In this document: in pieces, positions 10,540 through 25,500 of the stretch | How positions within the stretch are numbered: the stretch's first letter is position 1 | How the letters are laid out: every line of letters begins with the position of its first letter | From: a virus | Virus record (IMG/VR): IMGVR_UViG_3300042860_003408 | Coordinates: 21,866 to 85,865 of that record | Reading direction: 5' to 3' (one strand) | DNA: 64,000 bases | Notes under the pieces: model-generated | Databases searched by the model: none | Told to the model about the DNA's origin: nothing | The model's input: the letters and a program-made list of their open reading frames with translations, nothing else | Position numbers and translations under genes: made by a program

Positions 10540-13500
10540 ATGACAAGAGAAGACATTAAAAGGGCTTTGCAGGGTGAAGATACGAGATTTGGCGAATATG
10601 TTAGGTCTCGTAGCTCTGTTTATGGCCAAGGAAGAAGCGAACTTGACGAACTAAAACGCAGAAATGAATACGAAGAGGCTAAGCGCAAGCGCCCCTCTAA
10701 AGATGAACCTAAGCGCAAAGCGGCTCGCGATGAGTCAAAAGACGCAGAAGATGGGCAGAAAAAACTGCCACTTGAAAATGAAACTAAAAAAGGAAATGAT
10801 TATAACTTCTTTGCCGATTCATATAGAACGTTTGTAGGCGGAAAAAACCAGACAGAAATAGACAATGCTCTAGGAGAGTTAAAATACAACCTTCCTGTGT
10901 TTAAGTATTCATCAGATATGCTCTCATCAAAGGAGGTTCAATCTGATGAGGATTTATATAAGGCAGCTAGGTTTGCAAGGGAAATGCAGTCGAATGCCAA
11001 AGCACAGGCTTTATTTCAAAAAAATGAAGAACTGTCTGCAGAACAAGCCAGGCTTAAATCTCTATATGAAAGTGGAGATAAAAGCGTTTCTGCTGCATTC
11101 ATAAATAACGAGCCATGGAACCCAGAATCAAAAGGCAAAACAATATATAGTTTAACTGGGGCTGTGCAGCAAGGAGAAGGGCCTAGTTTTCTTGAGAAAG
11201 CAGATATGATGATGGGCGCGTCTCATGGATATGCTGAGTGGGAGCAAATGAAAGGAATGGTGAGTGGGTTATTTAGAACCGTTGGCACGTCATTGGTAGC
11301 AGCCGCTGTTGCTCCTGTTATATCTGTAATGGGCAAAGTATCTCTAGGAAATGCAGTTGGCAATATACTTGGAGGGCTTACACTTAAAACTGCAGCAGAT
11401 GTCGCAATTGATAAGCCGGTAGATCTAATATCAAATCTATCTGATGCAACTAGATTCTCAATGGGATATGTTCCAGCTGTAGCAGGTGGCCTAATCGGAG
11501 CTGGTGTTAATAAGTTTATGCCGTCTGGTGATGTAAGACAAGGTTATATTGATATAGACGACTCATTGGTTCCAGAAGATACTAAATATGCCTATTCAAA
11601 ATACAAGGACTTAATAAAAAACTGGTCAAAGGTTGGTGGAGATTTTGATGGTACAATTCCATCCATAGATGACGTGCTTGACGGAAAGGAGTCTCTACAC
11701 TCATATACTGGAGAAAAGGTTGGTAAATTTGACTCGGTATTAGCTAAAAAAACAAAAGATGCACAAGAAAGCATAAAGACTGACTTGAATGATCTTAGGA
11801 TGTGGGGAGCTCCATCTGAATATGCTACAAAGAAAGTAGAAGAAAATGACTGGTATTGGGGCAAGATGCTTAATACAAGTGGGATGTCTATGTCTGAGTT
11901 TGAAGGGCAGGTCGGCTTAATAGCATTAAATTCTGCTATATCTTTGGCTACAAAAAAGCCAACAATTGGAACTAAATTATTGTCTTCTCTAGCTCTTACT
12001 GGAGCTAACGCTGCTTTTGCTGTAAGAAGTAGAGATAGTGAATTCTTTTCTCAGTTTAGTCAAGCCTTTAACGAGAAGCAAGATGCTATACTTGGAGAGA
12101 ATGCTATATCTAAGATGTCATACGAAGAACTTCTATCTCATATATCTGAGCCAAAGGAAACTATGGACAAAGTAATGTCGCAATTTGGGAAGTATGATAA
12201 ATCTCAAGAGAGACATAAAAGAGAGACGCTAGAGATGCTTATTAGAACTGGAATTGTTAAATCAGATATACCTGGAATAAATGAAGCAGCAGTAGCCGCT
12301 AGCGATGGCTCGGATGAGCTTGCTAGACAATATAGGTCTATGATATACTCAGATATGGGTCAAAATGGATTAATGCTAGCTAGTTTAATGCCTATAAAAG
12401 GTGGTATTCCAAAGGCCATGCAAGGACTGGCAAAATCTACTTCTGATTATTATAAGAATCTATCATTATCGTCTTTTATTAGAAACAATAGAGCAGGAAG
12501 AGTTCTTGGAAAAACAGCTCAATTAGCATCAGAAGTTGGATGGGAGGCGTTTGTAGACGAACCTCTATTTGAAGAAATCCCACAAACAATGATGGATATG
12601 AAATTCAAAGAAGGCTCATTAAAAGAAAATGCAGGAATCTTTGGATCTTATTTGGATAAAAACAAAACCATAAGCACTGGCGCTAAAGCATTATTTGGAT
12701 TATCTGGAGACGAAAGATATGATAAAAACGCAGAATTGCTTGATACCTATTGGTCTACTGTTATGTCTGTAGCGTTTATGGGTGCAGGCAGAAACGTGAT
12801 ATCATCTCCTGCTCATATAAAAGAACTAAATAGAAGCTTTAATGCTGATAAATTATTTGATTCAGTTATAGAGCCAGGTATTAAGACATCTGCATTTAAA
12901 GCAAAGGCGTCTGCATATATAGGAGCTGTTAAGAATGGTCAATTTGATTTTGTAATTGAAAACTTAAAAGAACTTCAAAAGAATCCACCAGAAGGATATA
13001 CTGCAGAAGATATTACTAATGAAATTAAACTGGCTAAAAGAATTGCATCTATAGCTGATAGTAAATTTGTAAGAGAATATGCCAAGAAATCAGGTGGCTA
13101 TGGTTCAGAGGACCACTTATTGCTTACATCATTAATATCAGACCATGAGAACGCTGCAAGAGAAGGATATCTTGAGAGCAGAACGGCTAATGAAGCTGAG
13201 GCTAATCTTCTTGCTAATTTTGACGAGACTACATTTTCTAAATTAGTTACATCTATAAATACAACTAGGGAGGACGCAGATAAAATAAGCACTGGAGCTG
13301 CAATAGGTATTGCCATGCTTAGAAATAAACTAGCTGCTATTGCTACGATATCAGTGAATGACCCTCTTGAGTCTAAGGCTTCAAAAATAAAAAGCAACTT
13401 AATAACGAGAGCCGCATCAGATGATTTAGGAAGTGTATCTTCTAATTTAATAGATGCATTATTAAATGCTAAATTAATAACAGAGGAGCAGGGGGCTGAA

Positions 13501-16500
13501 CTTCTAAAAATAGAAAACTCTAAAGATCTTAGTGATGCAATTGATGAATTTGTTCCTATTGAGCTTAATGATGATATTAAGGACATGGCTTATGGATTAG
13601 TATCTTCATACGGAGCTCAATATGAAGAACATATGGCATCCATACTTAGAGGAGATCAAACTCTTTACAATAGAGAGAAAGACACAAAAGTAGATAGATT
13701 CCATGATGTAGACGAGCTCCTTGATATGCATAGAAAGTCTCTTGAATCTAATGAAAAAGAGCAGAGAGTTCTAGAGGCTGCTGAAACCAAAAGAGAAGAG
13801 AAAAAGAGGGAAGCTAAAACAAAGCCAGAAACAACTGTAGTAGCCGAGCCTGTTGTAGAACCTATTGTAGTTGAATTGGAATCATTAGAGCCAAAGTGGG
13901 AAATACCATCTGCTCCTGAAATAGTTGAATACGAAAGCCTAGAGTCTGCTCCAGAAGTAGAGACAGAGCAAGTTCCACCACTAGACGAGACAGATATTCC
14001 TCCATTAACTGAGGCCGACTTGAACTCATCAGTAAATAGAGCCGAGGAATTGTTAGCAGATGACAACTTCGATCCATTTAGCGATTACGATAAAGAGGAG
14101 GAGGCTGCTAAACAGGCCGCAGATAATCAGGAGGAGCAGGCTCCCACACAAGGAATTACAAATAATGGGACAATTTACCCAGTGCTGGACTTAAGTAAAA
14201 TAGATACAGATAATTTTATATATGTAACTCACCAAACAGATATCGTCGGGCTAGAACAAATTCTTTCAAGAGGGTTTGATATAAGGAATGGGCTAAATGG
14301 AACATCATTGTTTGGGAATACAGAATCTATTCAAAGCCAAATGGACAGTATTAATTCTGGACACGGCCATAGAGGGGCTAGCAGGATGATTGTATTCGCA
14401 TTCCCTAAATCAAAATTCGGGAATGTAAGGCAGCTGGATGAAATATCAGATATGCTTATCGATGAGGGAATATTTTCTATTCCCGGCCAATATGTATTTG
14501 GAGTATTCACCGAAAATAATAAGCCAATCACACAAGAAGCTGCTCCACAAAAATCCAAACAAGACGAGCTTAAGGAGAAATTAAACGCTAGACTAGCTCA
14601 CTTGGCTGATGTTGCCACGGATGTTCTTGGATCTAAAATGAATGCTACTGGAAAGCAATATTCAAGCAAAGACTTCTTACCAGCAATGACTGGGGTACTA
14701 GAGGTTATTATGGAGCTTGGATATACATCATTCGTAGATGTAGTATCTAATGCATCTGATGCTATGAAAGGAAATGCAGTACTTGCAGGTCTTATTGATA
14801 GAATTAGCCCTAAACAATGGAGAGCTGCTTATAACTCGGCTGCAGACTTTGCAGAAGGTACACAATCAGAGGAGGAAGTTATAGCCTATTCTAATGATGA
14901 TGTAAAAGCTATTGTTGCTGGAACATATAAGAAAGAAGAAGAGATCGATATCAATGAAGATTTAGAAGATCTTAATCAGCCAGAAAAGACTGAGGAAGAA
15001 GAGAATAAAGAAGCGTCTAAAGAGATATCAGAAATAGTTAAAGGCGCTGCTGCTATATCTATTGCAATGGAGAAAGAGGATTCTTCTGACTTTGTAAATA
15101 TAGATGACGAGGCTCCTGGCACAATTGACGAGGATAAAGTCTCAGTTAGATTTGGTAGATTGCCACATACACTATTTACGTCTAATCCAGAAATAATTAA
15201 ATGGTTAAAAACTCCAAAAGCCTTAGAAGGCGCTACATTTGAAATAGAGATATCTACAATACCTTTTGATAAAGTGCCACAATCTAGAAAGGACGCAGGA
15301 GACTATATCCCATTCGACATCAATAATCCTAATTCATGGAACGAGGCTGCAATATTTGTTAAAATAAAAGATAAAAATGGCGTAGTTAGACCATTGAATA
15401 TAAGCTTCCACAACATAGCAGTTAATAGCATGTTTGAGGATTCTGATGGCAATATGTATCCTAAGTTCAACGAACAGGATATCGCTGATTTAGTTGATTT
15501 TAGAAATAAGATAATAGCTTTATATGCAGAAAGCTTAGCAAATGGTTCTAATAAGGAATTAGTTGTATCTGGCGTATCTATAGGTAGAGCTAAGATAAAA
15601 TTAAACAGAAAGAATGGTAAGCCGGTACAGAGAAGCCTGTCTAAAATCAAAGGACTAATAGAAGGCTTTAATGGAGATTTCTCTACTATAAACAACAATA
15701 CATTAAGCTTAGCTTACGGTAGGGGGTGGAGAGGTAATTTTACTGTAGTTGGAATTGACGGAGTGATAGGTGATACTGATGAACAGAACTCTGGTAGTAT
15801 GTTTGCAGTAAAGATTGACCCTGTACTTGGAACTAAAAGAAAGATAAAATTAAATAAACGTAGATTCTCAGAAGATAAAGATACTGCAGAATTTATATAC
15901 AAACTACTTATAGACTGGAACATGTCTAAAGGTGAGTTAGCGTTAGACCGAGACGGAAATGTTGTTTTGGCCGGAGACGGTGCGTCTAATAGGTTAGGTA
16001 TATCAGCAGAAGGCTTATTGTCTAAGATAGTTAACTTTGGAAAAAGAACTCAAATTAATAAGAAGGACTTGCCAATGTTGACCCACCTGCTTCCAAAGCA
16101 ATTCTACGTAGAAGGCAATTCACTATATCTAGGAGAAGCTAAGTTTGACATATCAAATCCAGCTGGAATATCTCCTGAAATTAAAGCTCAGATAATAGAC
16201 TACATTAAGAATAACTTTAACTGGTCTATCAATGCTCATGACTTATGGAATCAAACTGGAGCTAATAGAAAGGTGGCTGATGTGTTTTCAGGTATCACCG
16301 ACTACTTCAGATCTAATCCAGAAGCTAAATCAATTAAGTTCTTTGAAGGAATGGAAATTAAGAGAGAGGACTTAGGTTTAACCTGGGAAGCTTGGATTGT
16401 TAAATACGATAAGCTTATATCTGACGTTGCCGATGATATCTTTGAATCTCCGTATACATTCTTAAATGATGTAGAGCTTGCAGATAGAATGGATAAGCCA

Positions 16501-19500
16501 ACTATCAAGAAAGTTGCAAAGAAAAAGACAGATGCCAAAGAAGCCGCTTTAGAGCCTGTTTCTGACACGCAAAAAGCAGATGTAGTAGAAACATCAACTA
16601 ACACTCAAAAGTCGCTAGAATCGCCTGAAAATGGCCTTAAAAGCGATGCTAGCGAGCAAGTTTCTGGTAAGAAGAAATTTAAGAAGAGGACTAGTGGCGA
16701 TGTAGATAAAATATCTGACTTAGGTGTAAATGCTGTTGGTCCTACAAGACTGTCAACTAGTCATGCAGAGGAAGATAATTTAACTAATAGCGAACAAGCT
16801 TGGGCTAGAAAAAGGATATCATCTCTTATTGAAATCAGTGATACTGAAATTGAAATGGAGAACGGTGATATTGCTATGGGTGTAGCTAACATCTTAAAGA
16901 ATATTATTACACTATTCTCTGGCGCAGAAAGAGGCACTGCTTACCACGAAGCATTTCACATTGTGTCTCTTGGGTTAATACCAAGAAATAGAAGGATGAT
17001 GATATATGACTCAGTTAGGCGTACTATACCATCATTGAGTGATGCTACAAATAAGGATATAGAGGAATACTTAGCCGAGGAATTTAGAGTATGGAGAGAG
17101 ACTAATAAGATCGGCATTAAGATACCGATGCTTAGATCTGTATTCAGAAAATTCTCCAACCTATTTACTGGAATGAAGTCTGCAAACAAGTCTGATATAA
17201 ATAGATTATTTGAGGATATCGAATACGGTATATTTAAAAACAAAAAAGGTCCAAAGGCTAAATCTGAGCAATCTAAATTCTTTACTAGATTCTATGTAGA
17301 TGGAGCTGCTAGAACTTTGAAGTCAAAAGGATTCAATGCTATCAATACATTGGATATGCAATACGAAGTAGCCAAGGGGTTAGCATTCTCATTCATAGAA
17401 TTATCTGGAGTTGAAAAAGTTTCTGATATCCGCAATATGAGTAAAGACGTACTATATGATAGTATTCTTGCAGAGTATGAATATATGGAAGAAAATGGAA
17501 TGGAAGATACATTGAAATATAAAATATATGAAGATATATTGGATAAATTTGATGAGGAAATAGTTCCATTAATAAATAAAGAATTATCTTCATTTGGGAT
17601 AGCCCCAGCTGTATTCGATGTAGATGGAAACGAAATAGAGGATAACGATAAAGATATCGTAAGTAACGAGATAGCTAAACATACAGTAGAATCATATAAG
17701 GTTCCTAAGTCTGATAATATTCCAATGGAGGTTAAATTCTTCTTATGGACTATCCCTCAAAAAGAGAAAAATGCAGACGGTGTTGTTGTAGATAAATTTA
17801 ACCCATTAACTGGCTTTAAATTATTCTACGACCAGACCACGTCGTGGGTTACAGTTGCAAGCGATTTAGGTCATTTGAAATCGTACACCGAGATGAGGAA
17901 TAAAATATATTCTCTTGGTGTTGTATCTGGTAATTTATTCTATAGAAGCGTATTAGATAAGCTTGACAATTCTAGCGATAGATTTAAAACAGCATTCTTT
18001 GCCGCAGTAAAATGTCATAGACATGACTTTGCGAGTATAGCATTTACTGGAGACAAAAATGGAAACATGGCTGAAGCCGACAGAAGACTTAGGGTTATAG
18101 AGTCAAAGGCTACAACTGCCAAGATAACTAAGCCAAAAGAATGGGGTGAGAACATGATGTCTATTGGATTTTTATTCTCTGATAGTGTTGATGGGCCAGT
18201 ATTTAACAAGGCTAATGCCGAGTCTATAATAGCCAGACATAAAGCACTTGTATCATTTGCCGGTAGATTAACAAATCCACTAGAAGCTGAAAAGATTACT
18301 GACGAGCAAATTACTGCTGCTATTAATGAGTATATTGATATATTTAATAAAATAGGCATATCTATAAACGATGCAACTATAGATGAGATAATCAAACATT
18401 CTTATCCAAATGCATCTAGAAAAAACGCTATAGCTAGTTTAATCACCCAATCAAAACCAGAACACCCATCATTTGTTCTTACCAACATCATAACAGACCT
18501 AGTTAAGAATGATGGAAAGCTTATAGTAAACAGGAAAGAGAAGGTAGATAGAAAAGAGATCTACAAGTCTCAGAAGTCGACAGGATTTATAGCTATGATG
18601 TATTTCAAGGCCAATCCAAATATAACAGAGACCACTTCTACCGGGGCTGATGGAGCCAAGGTATATGAGATATCTCTACCAAACTATGTGACAGAGACGG
18701 CAGAAAGAATATCTACTGACACTGAATACAGGGATAAAGTAATGCAATCTAGTTTTGCTTCAGGCAGGATTGGAGGAGCAGCTTTCGAAGGAGACAGAAC
18801 TACTGTTGGAGGCTCTATAGTACTAGACCAATTACAATCAGGTGAATCAAAGGGATTAAAGGTTAAGACATTCTTGAAATTCTATGAAGATAATTCTGGA
18901 GATAAAGGTAGAGATTACTTTGCACTATCTCCTATGGAGGATTATATGATGAAAATGGCAGCCACTAATTCTGGATATATGTTATGTCCTACTATGGCTG
19001 ATAAGAAATCGTGGTACATGTTTGCTGGCATTAAAATGCCGTCATTTAGCGTATCTAAACAAGAAGGAACTCCTATTGCTGTTGATATGAATTCATTGAA
19101 AGATGGGCTAGTTAGACAATCAATCACATTCCCTACAAAAACAGTAGCTATATTCAATGGATACTTTGAGGCAGAATATCTTGCAATGCAGGATGCTTGG
19201 AGTGCATGGAAGGTTGCAATGGGTAATAAAAATAAACTAGAACAAACATATCACTACGGCGGATTCTCACAAAGAGGTGCAAATAAATATACCACAAAAG
19301 GCAAATGGAATTCAGGACTTGGTAATGGTATGAAATTTAGGCATTTCGATGAAATTTCTATTGACATAAAAGGCGACGGCTCATTTGTAAATCTAAATGA
19401 ATATCAAGAGGAATTGATAGACCAATATGGAGTAATTAATGGGATGACTAGATTCTTTGAGGAAATGGATAGTAAAATATTCAATGCATCAAATGAAACT

Positions 19501-22500
19501 AAATTCCAAATAATGAATGCCACCTTGGCTAATTCAATATCTAGAGAATTAAAGTGGCTTGTTAAGAATGGCGCTATAACTGTACAGCACAAAAAGAATG
19601 GCGTATTCTATAAAAATAAGAAGCTAGATAAATCTATATTTAAAGATACTAGAGCTTACTTCATCAAACAATCTAATTTAAACTCAAAAGAATCTCTTGT
19701 TAGTGACTATGCCGACACGTCTGCTATTTACAATATGGTTGCTGAGCATATGGTGAACACATCCATATCTACAATAGAATTTGAAAAGATATTCTCAAAA
19801 GACCCTGCATTCCATAAAGATCCTGATGCTAAGATAAAAAGGTTATCTTCTATACTATCAACAGGTACTCCATGTTTATCTGAAACAGGAAGATCCACAT
19901 TTGTGTCTGCTGAGTTAAATGACAATGAAATACCTTCTCCTAATTTATCTGAGATAAAATCAAGGATGATTGCTGCTCATGTAAACGAAAGACATGGCGA
20001 TGAATTAAATATGACTTTTAATGAAATATTAGAGGCTATTAATTCTGGAAATATGGACGAGATAAATAAGTTATCAGACATCAAAATGATAATGAATATA
20101 GTTGATGCTCAGACTGCTGGATATAATAAAGTAAATGAAACAGACGCTTCTGTGTTCATATCTCCTGTTATGTATAGAGATATACTTAGAAAATTAGGAA
20201 GATGGAATGAAGACTTAAATGAGGCATTTGATTTATTGGAATCAGAAGATATGTCTTGGATGGAAGATTCTGCTAAATATCTAAAAGTGATGGAGCTTGC
20301 TCTTAATCCGCTTAAGATGATATATTATGGAGATAAGTTCAGTAATGGGTTAAATATTCCAAAACTAGACAAGATGGCAATGTTCTGTTTATTTAGATCT
20401 GTCGCTACAGGTGCAAATAAAGCTCTATATGAAAGGATGAACAATCCAGAAGATGGTGCAAGCAAAATAGATATGGTCGCATTCTCATCTGCTGTTAAGT
20501 CTGGGAATAATAATCCAATAGACTTCTTTGACAAAGACGGTAATGTATCTAACCTTGATAAGTTTACAGAAGAAATTCAGCACTTTGAATTCCTTAGACA
20601 TCAGCTTGAAACTGAAGCTCACGAGGAAGAGGAGGTTGGATTGGCAACTCAGGTTCAAAAAGTTGCAATGTCCAATATAGTGTCAGATAAAGTTTATTCA
20701 AATATAACAATAGGCGGAAATAAAGGTGCTACAGGAAGACAGTTAATAGAGGAATGGTCAAATGCATTAACAGAGATATCTAATAGGGGTAGAAATGATG
20801 TAGAGAATGAATTAGGAATTAAATACGAAGGCGGAGTATTGACTTTCGATAAAAAGAAATTATACGGATTCTTGCATTCAGAGGCAATCAAGTCTAATAT
20901 GACTGATGATGTCTACGAGACCCTTATGAAGGCAGCTGAGCCAAATAGCAGGATAACACTTCAGGCCATGGCTGATAGAGATTGGATTGAGAGCAAACTT
21001 GTTTCATTTATTATGAAGAAGACTCTTGATGTCAATACCCCAGGTGGTGCATTTATTCAGATGTCTACATTTGGTATAAATACACTTACAGACAGCATAA
21101 CTAGCGAAGGATATAAGCTTAATGGTGGAAGAAAGTTAAATTACATGAATGCTGACGGAAGCATGGATTGTGTCGTTTCTCTATCATTATTTAAAGATGT
21201 TTTGCCAGAGGATGTTAAGTTGATGTCTCCAGTTAAGCAAAGAGATTGGCTTTTAATGCATAATATAATCGGTCCTGACTCAGATCCTGCTGCATTAGGA
21301 TATCGTATTCCAACTCAAGGTATGTCATCTGTATCATCATTAAAGATTATAGATGTTATCCCTAAGATAATTGGAGATACTATAATTCTTCCAACAGAAT
21401 TCACTGCGCTCACAGGCTCTGACTTTGACGTTGACAAGTTGTATTTAGCTAGATATAACTATGCTAAAAACCCAGCTGGTCGATTCGAAAAGGTTGAGTT
21501 TGATGACAACAAGAAAAGTGAGAAGAATCCAGAGAAGTCTAAATGGCAAGTAAATTCAAATGCTGCTATCCAAAATAGATTGTTGGATGTAATGATGGCT
21601 GCAATAACAGAGCCATCTTCTATACATGAAACAAGGCTTCCATTAGATGCTACTACTAGTGTAATAAAGGACGATATTCTTCCAGACATAGACTCAGTTA
21701 CTGGCACTGGAGAAAAGCGAGGAGCTCTTATGTTTACATCACCTTCATATCAAACAGATAAGAAAGTTGAGTATTCTACAGGCAAGAAGAATTTGGGTAT
21801 AATGGCACTTGCTAATACAAACCATATTTATACGCAGATGACTAATCTGACTATAAATCCAAAACAAAGGACAGCCGCTAAACACGGAATATTTGAACTT
21901 GGAGGAATATATGGAGCTGACGGAATGCGTATATTGGACTGGCTATCTGCCATGATTAATGCTCACGTTGACGTTGCCAAAGATCCATATATCATACGAC
22001 TAGGTGTTAATGAACATACTGTTAATATGGTTGCATTCTTACTTAGAGCTGGTATTGGCGGAAACGCATTCTACTTCTTATCACAACCATCTTTAAAAGA
22101 GGCTTATGCTGAGGTTGAAGAATTTAATGGCAAATATGAAGTAAATAAAGATTCTGTTAAGAAGTTGCATGAAGTAATAAAGGACAAGCTACAGAAATAT
22201 AGAGCTATGGCTGCTAGAATTGATGGTGGTAAAAACGCTCAATACGTAGAATCTTTATTCGTTGAAGATAAATATGGTAGACGTGATATGCCGACAGGAG
22301 ATGTACTTAATAGTAGATCTAAATTAAAGTCTGGCCTAAATAAAGACTTGTCTAATTTTGATTATCTATTGCACCAGATATTGGTAATGGAAACTTATTT
22401 AGAATTACTTCCATATTCTAACGAATTATCTGAGCTTGTCAAATACTCTCAAATTGAGACCAAAAAACAAGGTAAATCATTTATAGCAAATAATGAGTTT

Positions 22501-25500
22501 ATTTCAAAAGTAAATTCATTGATATTGGATGATGATAATGGAACGTCTGTATTTAGTGGCGTAAGAAACTATTATGAATCTACACCATTGATGGCAAGGC
22601 TTAGAAATAGCTCTGGGTTAATAGTAGGAATAAGTCGTGGTTTATTATTTAGAACCTCTAGACAAGTATTATCTATTCTTAACAAAGTAAATATACTTGC
22701 AGGAAGAGAAGGTTTTGACAATAGCAAATTCATGCATGGCGTATCAAGGTATGTCGAGACGGCAATTAAGGATTCTTTTTATAGAAAATATGCAGAACAA
22801 AACGATATAGATATAAATAGCTTGTTCTTTGGAGAAGACACTGTCGCTAAGGAATTATTCCATATCAAGTCTGCTATAAATAACGGTCATTTACCTGGAT
22901 ATGAAAACAATGTCTTCTTGAAGGTATTGTCATATACTATGCATAGTAAATCAGAGGAGTCTTATCCAGACCATGTTACTATAGACTCATCTGCGAAGGA
23001 CGATAAAAATATTCAAGAGAAGATAAAGTACTATTTTTCTGAATTATTAAATCCAATACTTGAAGATGAATCGCAAGAAGGCCTTAGTGAACAAGAAATA
23101 AGCGCACTTAAATCTAGAAATAAAGATAGGGTTATGCTTAAGGATTTTGCTAAGAGATTCATACTATATCAATTTTATAGCACTGGTGACAATAGCGCAT
23201 TAAATTACGTTAAATTATCTGAGGATGATAGAATTTCACTGGAGATTAATTCAGGGTTAGTAGATGCTAATACTGGAGCACCAATCAAGATTGCACTATA
23301 CGACTTTATAGATGATGTGTTGACGGAACTGAATGAATTATCATATGAACATACTCCTGGAGTAGCGCTTCAAAATGATGTTAAATTCTTGGAAGATTTG
23401 TTCATTAGTAGATGGTGGGATAATGAACTAGTTCCAACTACCACTGCATATAAAGTAAGAAAAGGTCAATTTGATGAAGATGGGCATCCATTAGTAGATC
23501 AGAAACCTAAGAAAATGTCGACTAAAAAGATGCTTGGTATTGAATATGAATTGGAATTTATAGACACTGCTGCTAGACCTATTGGATCTACATCTGATGG
23601 AAAACATCCAGTATTTAAGCCATTCGTTAAGATAATCAAGACAGGCACCAATGGAAGACAGTTTGAAATACTATATAAATACATAGGAAACTCGACAAGG
23701 TCTAATGCTAAAGGCGATGTGTCTATTAAACCAGTATATGTTGCTGTTGACAAAAAAGGTAGCAAAGCATCTGGTCTTGCACTTATAGAGTCTAATTCAA
23801 AGACTTCTGTAATAAAGACAAACGAACTTCCACAGTCAAATATAAATTCATCTATATTCTCGAAAGAGGCTGGATTTGATAAAGTAAGCTGGTTTGATAT
23901 GTTTATGGGTCTTGAAGATAAGTTCGTTGAGAGCTTAGGTGCTAGCACAGTAGATAAAGCAGTGACTAATGCAATAGATAACAATAGTTATTCTATGTCT
24001 TATTTAGATAATGCTATAGAAGATGCTGGAATTACAGATAGCGCAAGGATAGCCTCAATGAGGGAGGAATTCGCTAGAGGCATTTTAAGCCGTTTTAACG
24101 AACTCAATTTACCGGATAATACAATTGCCCAGGAAGATAGAGAAAGTGCCTTAGAAGAGCTTAAAACAAGCGCAGAGGCCTATCTAGGACAATTTATTAG
24201 GAAAGTAGAAATGCAACCTAGCAATAATGCTAGAAGCATTAACATATACGCTGGTACTGGAGAAAATGCAAACTTAAGTAATCTCGCAATAAGACCATTT
24301 ACTTTGCCAACAGGATCCTCTAGGCTGAATATGATTAAGGGAGATATCAGCTTTACTAGCGTAGAGCAAGCGTTCCAATTAGCCAAATACACGTATACTG
24401 GAAATGTAAGAGATGATGGTAGCTGGCAGCCGCAAATGCTGTCTGGTGGAGGCTTTGGGAATGAGATGTCAAAAGAGGATGATGAGTTCAATTGGAAACT
24501 GGCTGGACAAATACAGAACAGTAAAAACCCTGCTGAGGCCAAAGCCCTGGGAAGACAATTTAAACATTTGGACGTAGATAGATGGAATAAAGCCTCTTCT
24601 TCTATCATGAAAGAGTTATTGCTAGAATCATTTAAACAAAACCCTGATGCACTTCAAGAATTATTAGCAACTGGGAACGCAATACTTACTCATACGCAAG
24701 ATAAAGGCAAGTGGAGTACTGAATTTCCTCGACTTCTTATGGAGGTTAGAGATGAATTAAACGCAGATCTTACTACAGAAGCAGAAGGCGAACAGGATTT
24801 AACTAATATTAACGAATCTAGCACGCTTACTGGATATCAAGGAAGAAAGTCTGATGTAGCAGACAATAGAGAATATAATTTCTATTCCACATCAGAAGAG
24901 GAGGCCAGGGATTATGGAAGTAATGTTTCTAAAAAACGAATAAGCCTAAATAACTTCTTATTTAAAACAGAATTACTACCCAATGGGACGTCTGTCTATA
25001 CAGAGGCCTATGATAAGATATATAAAGCATTTCAGGAAAAATATGGATCTCCATTTGATATATTGAATAATGGAACACCAGAAAAAATAGAGCTTATGAA
25101 TAAGTTCTTTGAAATGGTAAGAGAGGCTGGATTTAGTGGATATACAGAGATAAGAAAGAATAATAATTTTAGTCAATCAGATAATAGGTATATTGTTACG
25201 TTTAATCAAAAGTCTACTGCTAAATCAATTTCGATTGCATCTGAATTCACTAATCATTCTGGTGGCGCTTATGGTGCTGACACCTTCTGGGATCAAATTG
25301 GTAGAGAATATGGTGTAACTGATAATAGGCATTACAGACAAGAAGATAATAAGTCTTTATCTCAAGCGCTTAGAAATAAGAAAGTTGAAGCCACTGTTCT
25401 TACAACGGAACAGATGGATAAAGCTAGAACTGAGATAGAGAAATTGCTAGGCAAGAAATACCCGGATACAAAAGAAGGCAACCTGCAAGTAAGAAATTAT

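Noticed and set aside
10679-10727. Repeated CTAAGCGCAA and PVVEP/SAPE low-complexity stretches in vRNAP
   Set aside because: Explained by short peptide repeats in disordered linkers.
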